DNA of 64,000 nt from an uncultured Bacteroidota bacterium (GCA_963782125.1 CAWAID010000008.1:114795-178794); one strand, 5' to 3'; shown: positions 9,361 to 19,983, counted from the stretch's first letter. Numbers and translations: made by a program. The notes: generated by a model from the letters alone, not told the origin.

Positions 9361-10389
9361 CTATTGTTTAGAAAACTTGGTTCTGTATTCAGCGTTGTTA
9401 GCTTCCTTAATGCTCAGCATATAAGTACCCGCTGCCAATTCCTGCATACTTAGAAAGCCGTCGGCTGGCAGCGCGCCGCGCAAGATTAGCTTGCCGCTCA
9501 TATCACGGACAATGTAGGAGGCATTTACGCTGTTACCATTTATCTGTAGGTTATCACCGGCTACCTGCGCACTGATGTTGCCTTTCGTGCCGCCTTTCGT
9601 GATATTTCCCTTTGTAGGCGGGAAAGCCATTGTATTAGGCTGGCTGTATTTACATACTACGTCCGCTCCGTTATACCAGGCAGCCATAATATCGTCACCG
9701 CTGTTGCTGCAATTGGTGACTGCCATGTTTTTATTCAGGTCCCAATGGTAGCCTACCGTATCCGTATTCACCTCATACCACGATGAGGGACTAATTAAGT
9801 TACCGAAAACGGCATCCACATCACGTGCATATAGTGATGTTGTTGACCAAGGATACATACCTACTGTATATTGACCATTACCAATATGCGCAGCGGGTGC
9901 AGACTGCACGGTAATGCCTACCGCGACGCATGGACTCATTACATAGTCGGTAGTAGCTGGAAACTGCGGAGCGCTCAGATTAGAGCCGCCGGTTACATTG
10001 TTAAAGCCCCATACCTGCTCGTGATTAGTAGTGCCTTTGTCTTTAACTACAGCTATTTCATACTTTACATGCAGTGGCATAGTCTCATTATCATAGCGGC
10101 CAATCGCTTCTATCCGCGGATAGTAAAACTGTCCGGCTTGCAGTAAAGTATTAGTCAGAGCCGTGCTTGACAATACATCCCACTCCATATACATCAGACC
10201 ACCCGTAGTGGTCACTGCACCGCTCCCCGCGCCACCTGCAAGACTGGTTGCCGATGCGTAAGCTATCTGCGCGCGATAATTGCCACTTGCGAAATCCATT
10301 TGACCAGCTATATCCGGCATGAACGCATCAGTGCCCATAGGAGTTGGAAGCGAACCGGGGGTATTAACATCCGCAAAGTAACCCATCAA
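9361..10389 (-). CDS. T9SS cargo protein, C-terminal portion with CTD (likely continuous with 10431-11219 through a frameshift)
   Basis: C-terminal GTYMLSIKEANNAEYRTKFSKQ T9SS CTD; no signal peptide at its own N-terminus. Confidence 0.55.
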   Translation of the reverse strand: MMGYFADVNTPGSLPTPMGTDAFMPDIAGQMDFASGNYRAQIAYASATSLAGGAGSGAVTTTGGLMYMEWDVLSSTALTNTLLQAGQFYYPRIEAIGRYDNETMPLHVKYEIAVVKDKGTTNHEQVWGFNNVTGGSNLSAPQFPATTDYVMSPCVAVGITVQSAPAAHIGNGQYTVGMYPWSTTSLYARDVDAVFGNLISPSSWYEVNTDTVGYHWDLNKNMAVTNCSNSGDDIMAAWYNGADVVCKYSQPNTMAFPPTKGNITKGGTKGNISAQVAGDNLQINGNSVNASYIVRDMSGKLILRGALPADGFLSMQELAAGTYMLSIKEANNAEYRTKFSKQ

Positions 10390-10430
10390 ATTAGCAGTAC
10401 CATTTTCAGCCCATACTATGCCGAACTTTT

Positions 10431-11219
10431 CTACAGCTGCACAACTGGCACATCCGGACGGTATGCTGTTAATGTTGAGAACATATCTATGTGAGGGAAG
10501 CCGTCACAGGTAGTGCTCAGTATTGTAGAGAAAGATGGTGTGGTCGGTATATTAAACGTAGAAAGGCCAACATCCTGCAGATCGTAAATATCAAGAATGG
10601 CTCGTTGCCCTACGCAATAGACGATGAGCGCTTGATAGGGGTTGGAAATTCCTGCGCCATTATTATAAGAGAGTACTATATCGGGCTGAATGCCATTTGT
10701 TTGAAGAGGGATTGTAACGCTGGTTCCGTTAAAGTCTTCAACAAAGAAGCCTCCAAACTTGCTAGTGCTTGATTGTGAGCTCCAGGCCACAGCTTTAATC
10801 ACACCACTCCCGCCGCTTGCATCTTTCAACATGTCGGCATTTATCACCACGTCGTGCGCTACGGTGCTGGTAAAAGAGGCAATTACTGTTTCCGGAAACA
10901 TGCCCGTGATAGGCACAATAGTAGCGACGGCGCGTTGGATGCTGGCGATGAACAATGACATTGTCGCGAAGGCTATCAGCGTGAAAGGGAAAGCCTTAAG
11001 CTTGGCTTTTCCGCACGGGTAGCCCGGTGGTGCCAGGCGCGTTACTGTTACTGATGTGCCTGCCGCGGGGGGGGCAGGTGCTGCGTGCCGCGCAGCAAGG
11101 GGTTGGGTAGATGCTTGCTTCATAAACCTGGCAATAAATAGTTTGTAACTCAAATCTAATCCCTTTGAACAGGTAAAATCAACTTTGATTTTCGTTGATG
11201 CAGCTAAGCGGCGGTCCAA
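10431..11219 (-). CDS. N-terminal portion of the secreted T9SS cargo protein (signal-peptide-like hydrophobic segment); start uncertain
   Basis: Hydrophobic segment AFPFTLIAFATMSLFIASI; contains a C8 homopolymer near the 5' end. Confidence 0.45.
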   Translation of the reverse strand: MDRRLAASTKIKVDFTCSKGLDLSYKLFIARFMKQASTQPLAARHAAPAPPAAGTSVTVTRLAPPGYPCGKAKLKAFPFTLIAFATMSLFIASIQRAVATIVPITGMFPETVIASFTSTVAHDVVINADMLKDASGGSGVIKAVAWSSQSSTSKFGGFFVEDFNGTSVTIPLQTNGIQPDIVLSYNNGAGISNPYQALIVYCVGQRAILDIYDLQDVGLSTFNIPTTPSFSTILSTTCDGFPHIDMFSTLTAYRPDVPVVQL

Positions 11220-11242
11220 AAATCCGTTCAGCTAACAGTTCA

Positions 11243-11320
11243 CAGCGACTTTTGTCATCCCGGAATGGGAACTTGCGCTAACCGACTGGATATATACTGT
11301 AATAAGTTCCCGTTCCGGAG
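11243..11320. repeat. Palindromic intergenic repeat related to the 2227/3754 family
   Basis: Shares the cagcgacttttgtcat terminus; hairpin ccggaatgggaactt / aagttcccgttccgg. Confidence 0.5.
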
Positions 11321-11610
11321 CCTGCCCTGAAATCGTTTCAGAAACGACAAAAGATTGGTAAGAGCACGGAAATGGACATTTAGACACCCTCTAAGCATCA
11401 ATATGGCACAATGCTGGTCTGGCACATAGCATTCCCGCTTCAGCAGCCATCCGCCATTTAATGATATAAAACGCTATCCAAGGGAAGGAAGCTGTCCCTG
11501 TACTGAAAAAGGTTTACAGTATGGTTAGAGCATACTTAGGGCATAGTTTAAGCATAGGAACAGCGTATATACTCCCACCTTAAAGGCTGGCACAGGCAGG
11601 TTCGGGCCCA

Positions 11611-12900
11611 TTACCTTCCCCCCAAAGCCCCCACAAAATCCCGCAGCATCAATAGCACCTTATCCACATTCGTCAACGCCAGCGTATTCGGCTTGTCAAA
11701 TACATCATGGTAAAACCCCGGCCCGCCATTGCTGTACAGAAAAAAGGCAAGCACGCCCGCCTCGCTAAACGGATAATGGTCGCTATTGGCCGCCTTGCCG
11801 CGGCTGCGGATTTGGGGCAGATAGCTGCCCTTTTTATTCAAGGCTTCCAGCAGGGAAAATTCCTGCGGATGCTCCGTAGCATTCACCACTGTCACGCCAT
11901 CCTGCGCATTACCCATGATGTCAAGATTAATGAGAAAGCGCATCTTCTCCAGAGGCACCAGCGGGTGGGCTACGTAAAACTTACTCCCCTGCAGCCCCGC
12001 CTCCTCACCGCTAAAGGCAATGAATAACATGGAGTAACGCTGCGGGTGCGCGCCATAATAAGCCGCCAGCTGCAGCATAGCCGCCGTTCCGGAGGCATTG
12101 TCGCTGGCGCCGGGAAAGGTGGCATCCCAGCCCATACGGCCCAAGTGGTCATAATGCGCGGTGAAGACGATAAAGGAATCCGGTACTTCCGTGCCGCGCA
12201 CCATTGCCATCACATTGGCGTTCTTCGCCGCCGGTAGCAGCTCGCTATGGAGGTCTATCGTCGCCTTACGCGGATGCTTCGGCAGCGCGCTGTCCTGAAC
12301 GTAATAAACCGTTGCCGGGATGGTAGCAGTGGCCACCGTCCAGGTCATCTTCCCGCGCAGCGGAATGATGTAAGCGCCTTTCGGCAAGGTCCCGGCCAGC
12401 CGGGAAGGGCGGATGCCGAGCAGCCGCACCAGCGAGTCGGTGCCGCGCAGGAGATTGATGCGGTCCAGGCGGAGGCGGCTGCGCACTTTGAGCCATTCGG
12501 CAGAGTCGGCAAGCTGCCCCACATCAATGGTCGCAATCTTCCCTTTGCGAACGTGATAGCTTTCAGAGGCGGCATCCACGAGGTATTCCTCACCCGGCAG
12601 AAGCACCTTTTTACCCACCTGGAGGAATACCGTGTCCGGAAAGCTGACTACCGGAAAGGTGTAATACTGATAGAACGAGGAATCCGGCGTCACGGGTTTA
12701 AGTCCCGCATCGCGCATCTTGCGCATGATGTGCTGGGCGGCATGCTCGCGGCCCTTCTGTACGTAGCCGCGCCCTGCCATAGCCGGCGCACATAGTGTGG
12801 CAATCTCATGCTTCAGCGCGCGGAGGTCCTGCGCCCTTGCGGGCATTAGTAGTGATGTGGAAAGTAAAAAGAGTACACAGCAGAAGGATCGGGACATCAT
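11611..12900 (-). CDS. M28-family zinc peptidase (aminopeptidase) with signal peptide
   Basis: FTAHYDHLG, DNASGTAAML and AFSGEEAGLQGS metal-binding motifs. Confidence 0.85.
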   Translation of the reverse strand: MMSRSFCCVLFLLSTSLLMPARAQDLRALKHEIATLCAPAMAGRGYVQKGREHAAQHIMRKMRDAGLKPVTPDSSFYQYYTFPVVSFPDTVFLQVGKKVLLPGEEYLVDAASESYHVRKGKIATIDVGQLADSAEWLKVRSRLRLDRINLLRGTDSLVRLLGIRPSRLAGTLPKGAYIIPLRGKMTWTVATATIPATVYYVQDSALPKHPRKATIDLHSELLPAAKNANVMAMVRGTEVPDSFIVFTAHYDHLGRMGWDATFPGASDNASGTAAMLQLAAYYGAHPQRYSMLFIAFSGEEAGLQGSKFYVAHPLVPLEKMRFLINLDIMGNAQDGVTVVNATEHPQEFSLLEALNKKGSYLPQIRSRGKAANSDHYPFSEAGVLAFFLYSNGGPGFYHDVFDKPNTLALTNVDKVLLMLRDFVGALGGR

Positions 12901-12938
12901 AGCACGTAAAATTAAGCGCGCCGCCCCACCTTTGCCCC

Positions 12939-13724
12939 GTGCCCGAGCTTCGTACCGTTCAAGTCACCCGATATGTCACGCCCCTGCGCGAGGGCGGCTC
13001 GCTGCCCGCTATCGCGGAAGCAGATGATGGTTTTCTGTATGTACTCAAATTCCGTGGCGCGGGACAAGGCACCAAGGCACTCATTGCCGACCTGCTGGGC
13101 GCGGAGCTGGCTCGCGCACTTGGGCTGAAGGTGCCAGAGACCGTCTTTGCCGAGTTGAATGAGGCCTTTGGCCGCACCGAGCCTGATGAGGAAATCCAGG
13201 ACCTGCTCAAGGCATCCACCGGCCTCAACCTAGGGCTGCATTACCTGCAAGGCGCCATCACCTACGACCCGAATGTAACGAAGGTGGATGCCGCGCTTGC
13301 CTCCAGAATCGTGTGGCTGGACTGCCTGATTATGAACGTGGACCGCACCTTCCGCAATACCAATATGCTGATGTGGAAGGGCGAGCTATGGCTTATAGAC
13401 CACGGCGCTTCCTTCTACTTTCATAATGACTGGACGGGCTGGGAGGGTAGGGCAGAAAAGCCATTCGCGCTGGTCAAAGACCATGTGCTGTTGCCGCAAG
13501 CAGCCGAGCTTGATGCCGCAGACGCGGAATGCCGGGCCTTGCTCAGCGATGAAGTGGTTGACGCCATTGTCGCCCTCATTCCGGAAAGCTGGATCGTGCC
13601 TGACCCGCTGTTTGCGGATGCCGCTGGGCAGCGGGCAGCTTATGGCACTTTCCTGAAAGCGCGGATCGCACATTCTTCCACCTTCTTAAACGCCGCGAAA
13701 GATGCCCGACAAGCACTTGTATGA
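12939..13724 (+). CDS. HipA-like kinase-fold protein
   Basis: LIMNVDRTFRNTNML...LIDHGASF resembles the HipA_C catalytic loop and DFG-like region. Overlaps the next gene. Confidence 0.55.
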   Translation: MPELRTVQVTRYVTPLREGGSLPAIAEADDGFLYVLKFRGAGQGTKALIADLLGAELARALGLKVPETVFAELNEAFGRTEPDEEIQDLLKASTGLNLGLHYLQGAITYDPNVTKVDAALASRIVWLDCLIMNVDRTFRNTNMLMWKGELWLIDHGASFYFHNDWTGWEGRAEKPFALVKDHVLLPQAAELDAADAECRALLSDEVVDAIVALIPESWIVPDPLFADAAGQRAAYGTFLKARIAHSSTFLNAAKDARQALV

Positions 13725-14085
13725 GTACGCGGTCATCCGCGTGGTGCCGCGTGTGGAGCGGGAAGAGTTTGTCAATGCCGGCGTCATGCTCTATTGCCCG
13801 AAGCAGCGCTTTCTGCGCAGCCGCTGGGTAATGGATGAGGCACGTATCACTGCCCTTTGCGGCGAAGCATGCCTTGCTAAGATAGCCGATGCCCTCCAAT
13901 CCATGCAGCGCATCGCCGAAGGCGGGAAAGGCTGCGGCCCGGTTGGGCTTATGGACATGCCCAGCCGCTTCCGCTGGCTGACTGCCTGGCGCAGCACGGT
14001 GGTGCAGACCAGCCGCGTGCATTCCGGCTTTTGCGATGATGCGGCGCAGCAACTGGAGCGCCTATTTGAAGCGCTGGTGGCATAA
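13702..14085 (+). CDS. DUF3037 family protein
   Basis: N-terminal YEYAVIRVVPRVEREEFVNAGVMLYC matches the DUF3037 signature. Confidence 0.7.
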   Translation: MPDKHLYEYAVIRVVPRVEREEFVNAGVMLYCPKQRFLRSRWVMDEARITALCGEACLAKIADALQSMQRIAEGGKGCGPVGLMDMPSRFRWLTAWRSTVVQTSRVHSGFCDDAAQQLERLFEALVA

Positions 14086-14286
14086 TGGCGTGCAGCAATA
14101 ACTCCGAGATAACTCAACGAAGCACACGCCGCTGCTACTTTAGCCTCCACTCCAAAAAAGCGAATGGCTATGCATCATTATTCCTACGACACACCGCCTT
14201 CCAACGGCGTCCGGCTGCTGCTCAGCGGCGTCATTTTCATATTGTTGATAGCAATGGTTGCTATCCTTGCGCACGCGTAGTACGCC

Positions 14287-15081
14287 TTACCAGCCGTCGC
14301 CGTCCAGCAGGTTGCCGAGGCCGCCGAGCATGCTGCCTTCTTCCTTCCGCTTGAAGGTGGCGTATTGCAGGATGCGGCTTGCCAGGCGACTAATCGGCAA
14401 GGTTTGAATCCATACGGTGCCCGGCCCACGCAGCGTGGCGAAGAACACGCCCTCGCCGCCGAAAAAGATATTCTTCACGCCGCCGATGAACTGGATGTCA
14501 TAATCCACGCCACCCGTGAAGCCGACGATGCAGCCAGTGTCGATCTTGATCAGCTCACCCGGCTCCAAACGGCGCTCTACCACATGGCCGCCTGCGTGAA
14601 GAAAAGCCATCCCGTCGCCCTCCAGTTTTTCCATAATAAAGCCCTCGCCGCCGAAAAGGCCGGTGCCGAGGCGTTTCTGAAACTCAATGCCCACACTCAC
14701 GCCTTTGGCGGCGCAGAGAAAGGCATCCTTTTGGCAAACGATGCGGCCGCCGAGCGCCTGCAAATCAAGGGGGACAATCTTGCCCGGATACGGTGATGCG
14801 AAGGAGACGCGCTTCTTGCCCTGCACGATATTGGTGTAGGCCGTCATGAAGAGGCTTTCGCCTACCAGCAGGCGCTTGCCGGCGCTAAAAAGCTTGCCCA
14901 TCAGTCCGCCGCTGCCTTGCTGGCTGCCGTCGCCAAATATGGTCTGCATTTGGATACCGTCGTCCATCATCATAAAAGCGCCGGCTTCCGCGATGGCCGT
15001 CTCCTGCGGGTCCAGCTCTACCTCCACATACTGCATTTCCTCGCCGAAGATTTTATAGTCTATTTCATGGTTGCTGCGCAT
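14287..15081 (-). CDS. AIM24/TIGR00266 (DUF124) family protein
   Basis: Repeated glycine-rich beta-strand pattern ([10 protein letters not shown]...[13 protein letters not shown]) typical of AIM24-like proteins. Confidence 0.65.
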   Translation of the reverse strand: MRSNHEIDYKIFGEEMQYVEVELDPQETAIAEAGAFMMMDDGIQMQTIFGDGSQQGSGGLMGKLFSAGKRLLVGESLFMTAYTNIVQGKKRVSFASPYPGKIVPLDLQALGGRIVCQKDAFLCAAKGVSVGIEFQKRLGTGLFGGEGFIMEKLEGDGMAFLHAGGHVVERRLEPGELIKIDTGCIVGFTGGVDYDIQFIGGVKNIFFGGEGVFFATLRGPGTVWIQTLPISRLASRILQYATFKRKEEGSMLGGLGNLLDGDGW

Positions 15082-15166
15082 GGTATTATCGTTTTTTGAA
15101 GCCGTGAAAGTAGCGCGGCATTGGCACCATATTGATGGCATTGGTCGTTAAAATCTTTGTACCGCC

Positions 15167-15718
15167 ATGCACGTGCCCGCCACGCCCGGCTTCACGCCCA
15201 ATGCCACCCGCAAGCGCTTTCCACTGTGGCAGGCAGTTCTTTTTTATGCCGCCATTACTGTAGTGGGCTTTCTGACAAGCGGCTCGCAAAAGAAATCGCG
15301 ACGCTTCTATGAAAAGCAGCTGAAGCAAGCGCCCTGGGCGCCGCCGGGATGGGTATTCGGCCCGGCGTGGAGCCTGATTAATGCCTTTCTGACGCGGGCC
15401 TTGTTTCTATTAATCCACGAACGAGACAAGACAAACCGCGACCGCGCACTACTAGCCTTGCAGGGTGGCATATGGGCCATCTTCTGCACGTTTGGCATTG
15501 TGTATTTCAGGAGGAAGAGCCCGGTGATGGCGGCGGTGTGGACGCTGGCAGATGCGGGCCTGGCCACTGCCAGCATTGCGCTGGCGCGGAAAAAAGGACC
15601 GGCGTTTGCCGCTCAATACCTGCCGTTACTGGTGTGGACGTACTTCGCAAGCACGGTAGCCGTTTATCAGGCATTGGAAAACAGGGACCCGGCACTTGAT
15701 ACACCCCAATTGCTGTAG
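15167..15718 (+). CDS. tspO: Tryptophan-rich sensory protein TspO/MBR
   Basis: Five-TM protein with PPGWVFGPAWSLIN and LLVWTYFA motifs. Confidence 0.85.
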   Translation: MHVPATPGFTPNATRKRFPLWQAVLFYAAITVVGFLTSGSQKKSRRFYEKQLKQAPWAPPGWVFGPAWSLINAFLTRALFLLIHERDKTNRDRALLALQGGIWAIFCTFGIVYFRRKSPVMAAVWTLADAGLATASIALARKKGPAFAAQYLPLLVWTYFASTVAVYQALENRDPALDTPQLL

Positions 15719-15798
15719 CGAAATCAATCCGTCGGCAGCTGTCATTCCTTCTTCCCTATTCCCTACTTTTACGCGGCTATAAAAAAGCGATTAATACC

Positions 15799-16179
15799 AT
15801 GCAGGTACCTGAAACACTGAAGTACACAAAGGAGCACGAATGGGTGCGCATAGAGGGCGATACAGCTACAATCGGCATCACAGATTTTGCGCAGCACGAG
15901 CTGGGCGACATTGTATATGTGGAGATCAGCGCCCTGAACAAGGAGCTGGCAGAAGGTGAAGTGTTTGGCACTGTAGAGGCTGTGAAAACAGTAAGTGACC
16001 TCTACCTGCCTGTAGCGGGCACGGTGACAGAGGTGAATCCGGACCTGGAAGCCAACCCCGAGTATGTAAATCAGGACCCTTTTGGCAAGGGCTGGATGGT
16101 GAAGATGAAGCTTAAGAATGCAGGCGATGCAGATGGCCTGATGGACGCTACGGCGTATAGCAGCCATATCGGTAACTGA
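15799..16179 (+). CDS. gcvH: Glycine cleavage system H protein
   Basis: YTKEHEWVRIEGD...GTVEAVKTVSDLY lipoyl-lysine motif. Confidence 0.9.
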   Translation: MQVPETLKYTKEHEWVRIEGDTATIGITDFAQHELGDIVYVEISALNKELAEGEVFGTVEAVKTVSDLYLPVAGTVTEVNPDLEANPEYVNQDPFGKGWMVKMKLKNAGDADGLMDATAYSSHIGN

Positions 16180-16574
16180 TGCCCTCAGGCATTTTTACTA
16201 CCCTGTCACGCTACCGGAAGGCGGCGCGGGTGGCGGCTATCCTTTGGACGATCGGGATTTTTGCAGGCTGTCTTTGGCCGGGCAGCGAGCTGCCACATTC
16301 GGATATTCCGTTTATAGACAAATGGACGCATTTTGTGATGTTCGGGGGCTTTGCCTTTCTATGGCTCTGCGCGTATCCAGCTGCGCGGCTTTGGGTAATG
16401 GTGCTGATAAGCCTTGGACTGGGCATTTTTGTAGAAGTGTTGCAGATGGTGTTTGCATCCCTCGGGCGTAGCGGCGATGTGATGGATGCGCTGGCGGATG
16501 GGGTAGGCGGGTTGCTGGGAACGGCCTTGTTTTGGGTAGGTGGGCGTGCGGGGCGCCGCACAATTTCGGCCTGA
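16179..16574 (+). CDS. VanZ family protein
   Basis: Four-TM ~130-aa protein with DKWTHFVMFGGFAFL typical of VanZ. Confidence 0.75.
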   Translation: MPSGIFTTLSRYRKAARVAAILWTIGIFAGCLWPGSELPHSDIPFIDKWTHFVMFGGFAFLWLCAYPAARLWVMVLISLGLGIFVEVLQMVFASLGRSGDVMDALADGVGGLLGTALFWVGGRAGRRTISA

Positions 16575-16629
16575 GCGCTTTTATTCCTCAAAATCCCGGC
16601 TATTTTTGTCGGACTCTTTTTTAATCAAA

Positions 16630-16947
16630 ATGATGCGTTACTTCTTTTACCTGTCTGCGCTGTGCCTGATGCTTGCGATTGTGTTTGCCCCTTCCTGCAA
16701 GAAGGCTGATGACGGCTACACCCGTGCGCTGGTAATTGCCACGAATGACCTGACGCCCACGGGCTGCGGCTATCTGCTGCGCCTGAATGCCAATCAAATG
16801 GTGAAGCCACAGTATCTGTCTTCTGCTTACCAGCATGACAGCCTGCCGGTGCTGGTGAAGTATACGAGCCTGAACACCCAAAGCAACTGCATGCCGCAGA
16901 CGCCGCTGGATCTGGTGAGCATAGACGATATTAAGCGCGACTTATAG
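16630..16947 (+). CDS. Small lipoprotein (hypothetical)
   Basis: MMRYFFYLSALCLMLAIVFAPSCKK lipobox-type signal. Confidence 0.5.
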   Translation: MMRYFFYLSALCLMLAIVFAPSCKKADDGYTRALVIATNDLTPTGCGYLLRLNANQMVKPQYLSSAYQHDSLPVLVKYTSLNTQSNCMPQTPLDLVSIDDIKRDL

Positions 16948-17023
16948 CCGCTGCGTTTCATTTAACACTCAGTAATGCCCGGCTCGCGCAATAAGCGGCC
17001 GGGCATTAACGTATTTTTGAAGT

Positions 17024-17692
17024 ATGATGAAGCATTTTAAGCGCAGCGGCTTGGTGTGCCTGCTATGCCTGGCTATGTCTGTGGGCGTAATGGCGCAGGA
17101 GACATATAACAGTAGCGGCAATAAGGTTGGGCTGAATAAGCGGAAGCCTCAGCAGCCCAAGGGCTTTGATCCGCAGAAGCTGATAATAGGCGGTGGCCTG
17201 GGCCTGGGCTTTGGCGATGTGACTTCGGTAGCAGTGTCGCCGATAGTTGGTTATCGTATTACGGAAAATTTTATGGCCGGCATCGGGCTGGGGTATCAGT
17301 ACTACCGGGTGAAGGATTATTTTGAAGTAGCTAACAATGTTTCCGGGCAGTATGAGTATTACCCGTTGAAGTCCAACTTCTTTTATCCAAGTATTTGGGG
17401 CCGGTATGTGATTTACCGCAACTTCTTTGTGCAGGCGGAAGCGGAATATGACTTTCAAAGCTTTACCGCATATCGCACGGACAGTGATCCAAACAGCAGC
17501 ACTGCAGGAATGCCGATTCCTTACAAAGTCAAGTATAATTCTCCTGCGCTATTGCTGGGCGGCGGGCTACGTCAGCCGATCACCGACCGCTCATCGCTGG
17601 TGATTATAGCGCTGTATGACGTGATTCAGGATCAGTATAGTCCTTACCTGAACCGGATTGATTTGCGGATCGGATTCAATGTTGGGTTTTAA
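17024..17692 (+). CDS. Outer-membrane beta-barrel (porin-family) protein
   Basis: Signal peptide followed by alternating amphipathic strands; ends in GFNVGF. Confidence 0.6.
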   Translation: MMKHFKRSGLVCLLCLAMSVGVMAQETYNSSGNKVGLNKRKPQQPKGFDPQKLIIGGGLGLGFGDVTSVAVSPIVGYRITENFMAGIGLGYQYYRVKDYFEVANNVSGQYEYYPLKSNFFYPSIWGRYVIYRNFFVQAEAEYDFQSFTAYRTDSDPNSSTAGMPIPYKVKYNSPALLLGGGLRQPITDRSSLVIIALYDVIQDQYSPYLNRIDLRIGFNVGF

Positions 17693-17722
17693 AAGCGTAT
17701 TGCAGGCCGTTACTTTGCGCTA

Positions 17723-19258
17723 ATGCATTCCGGCCTACTCCTCGCCATTATTCTTGCCTATTTCGCCTTGTTGCTGGGCATCGCGTTTTACACCTCGCGC
17801 AATTCCACTAACGAGAGCTTTTTCATTGGCAACCGCTCCTCCAAGTGGTGGGTGGTGGCCTTCGGGATGATCGGCACTTCGTTGAGCGGCATGACGTTCA
17901 TCTCCGTGCCAGGTACGGTAGGGTTGCAGGGTGCGGCAGGGGGTGCTTTTGGCGGGTTTGGGTACTTTCAGGTCGTAATCGGGTACTTCATTGGCTACTT
18001 CGTGGTGGCGTATATGCTGCTGCCACTTTATTACCGGCTGAACCTGACAAGCATTTACACGTATCTGGAAGGGCGGCTCGGTAATACGAGCTATAAGACC
18101 GGAGCGCTGTTTTTCATTCTATCCCGGACGCTCGGTGCTACGCTGCGGCTTTATCTGGTGATAAAAGTGCTACAGCTTTTCGTTTTGGGAGAAATGGGGA
18201 TTCCCTTTGAAGCAACGGCTATTGTCATTCTCGCGCTTATCCTGCTTTATACTTACCGCGGAGGTGTAAAGACGATTGTGTGGACGGATACGCTGCAGAC
18301 CACCTTTATGCTATTGGCGCTCATTACCTGCGTGGTATATGTGCTACACTCGCTGGGTCTGAGCTTCGGCGCTGCGTGGGGGCGCATGAGTGAGAGCGGC
18401 CTTACGCACCTGATCAATACCGACCCGCTGAGCGGAAAATTCTTTCTAAAGGAAATCATCGGCGGCGCCTTTATCACCATTGCTATGACGGGTCTTGACC
18501 AGGAAATGATGCAGAAGAACATCTCTGTCCGCAATCTCGGCGACTCGCAGAAGAATATGATTGTGCTGAATTTCCTACAGGCTGGCGTGGTATTTCTGTT
18601 CCTGACGCTCGGCGGGCTCGTGTACCTATATGCTACGCAAAGCGGGGCGCATTATAGTGGCACCGGTGCTACTGACTGGCAGCTCATTTGGGACGGCGCG
18701 AAGGCGAAGGGCGATAACCTTTTCCCAACTTTCGCCGTGCATCATGCGCCATTCTTCATCACGGTTTGCTTTCTGATTGGTCTGGTGTCGGCGCTTTTCC
18801 CTTCGGCAGATGGCGCGCTTACAGCCCTGACTTCTTCGTTCTGCATTGACATCCTTGGCATGAAGCGGCGCGAGGACTGGGATGAGCGGAAAAAGAAGCG
18901 AGTGCGGCTGGCGGTGCATAATGCCTTTGCGCTCATTTTTCTGGCCTGTGTCTTCTTTTTTAAGCAAGTGGACAATGGGTCGCTGATTCAAACGCTGCTG
19001 GTGGTGGCTGGTTATACTTACGGGCCGCTGCTGGCGCTTTTTGCTTTTGGAATGCTAACGCGCAGGCAGCCGAACGACACCTCGGTGCCGGTTATCTGTA
19101 TTGCCGCGCCCGTGCTCTGCTACTTGCTAAAGACGAATGAAAAGGCCTGGCTCGGTGGCTACACAATTGGCACCGAGCTGCTTATCATTAACGCAGCGCT
19201 GACTTTCGCCGGGTTACTTTTGGCATCAAGACGTCAGGAGCCGCTATTGATAAAATAA
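17723..19258 (+). CDS. Sodium:solute symporter family transporter
   Basis: 13-TM protein; N-terminal FFIGNRS..WWVVAFGMIGTSLSGMTFISVPG is the SSF signature. Confidence 0.85.
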   Translation: MHSGLLLAIILAYFALLLGIAFYTSRNSTNESFFIGNRSSKWWVVAFGMIGTSLSGMTFISVPGTVGLQGAAGGAFGGFGYFQVVIGYFIGYFVVAYMLLPLYYRLNLTSIYTYLEGRLGNTSYKTGALFFILSRTLGATLRLYLVIKVLQLFVLGEMGIPFEATAIVILALILLYTYRGGVKTIVWTDTLQTTFMLLALITCVVYVLHSLGLSFGAAWGRMSESGLTHLINTDPLSGKFFLKEIIGGAFITIAMTGLDQEMMQKNISVRNLGDSQKNMIVLNFLQAGVVFLFLTLGGLVYLYATQSGAHYSGTGATDWQLIWDGAKAKGDNLFPTFAVHHAPFFITVCFLIGLVSALFPSADGALTALTSSFCIDILGMKRREDWDERKKKRVRLAVHNAFALIFLACVFFFKQVDNGSLIQTLLVVAGYTYGPLLALFAFGMLTRRQPNDTSVPVICIAAPVLCYLLKTNEKAWLGGYTIGTELLIINAALTFAGLLLASRRQEPLLIK

Positions 19259-19284
19259 GGCGGCCTCCAACTTATCATTCTCAT

Positions 19285-19983
19285 TTGAAAGAGCAACTCA
19301 CTAAAATAAGCCTCCGCGACTGGACGGAGACGCGCGCGCACAGCAGCTGGCAGATTTTCAAAATCATGGCCGAGTTCGTGCAGGGTTTTGAGACGCTGGC
19401 GAAGGTCGGGCCCTGCGTGAGCATATTCGGCTCCGCACGCACGCAGGTGGGCCATAAGTATTATGAGCTGGCCGTAGAAATCGCCCGCCTCTTTGCCGAA
19501 GAGGGCTTTGGCATTATTACCGGGGGTGGGCCGGGCATCATGGAAGCCGGAAATAAGGGTGCAAATCTTGCGGGCGGTCGTAGCGTAGGTCTCAATATTG
19601 AGCTGCCTTTTGAGCAGAACAGCAATCCATTTATTGACCGCGTGAACAACCTGAATTTCGACTACTTCTTCATCCGCAAGGTGATGTTCACCAAGTATTC
19701 GCAGGGTTTCATTATGATGCCGGGCGGCTGGGGAACGATGGATGAGTTTTTTGAGGTGGCAACGCTCATTCAGACACGAAAATTCACGCAGACGCCGATG
19801 GTATGTGTGGGCTCCGCTTATTGGAACGGGTTATTCCAATGGATGCGCGAGGTGATGCTGGAAACGGAAGGCAATATCTCGCCCGGCGACCTGGAGATGA
19901 TACGCATCTTTGATACTGCCGAAGAGGTAATCGCATACTTCCGCGAGTTTTACACGCACAATAAGCTGGGGCCAAATTTCTAA
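19285..19983 (+). CDS. LOG-family (TIGR00730) cytokinin riboside 5'-monophosphate phosphoribohydrolase-like protein
   Basis: GGGPGIMEAGNKGA and MPGGWGTMDEFFE motifs. Confidence 0.85.
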   Translation: MKEQLTKISLRDWTETRAHSSWQIFKIMAEFVQGFETLAKVGPCVSIFGSARTQVGHKYYELAVEIARLFAEEGFGIITGGGPGIMEAGNKGANLAGGRSVGLNIELPFEQNSNPFIDRVNNLNFDYFFIRKVMFTKYSQGFIMMPGGWGTMDEFFEVATLIQTRKFTQTPMVCVGSAYWNGLFQWMREVMLETEGNISPGDLEMIRIFDTAEEVIAYFREFYTHNKLGPNF

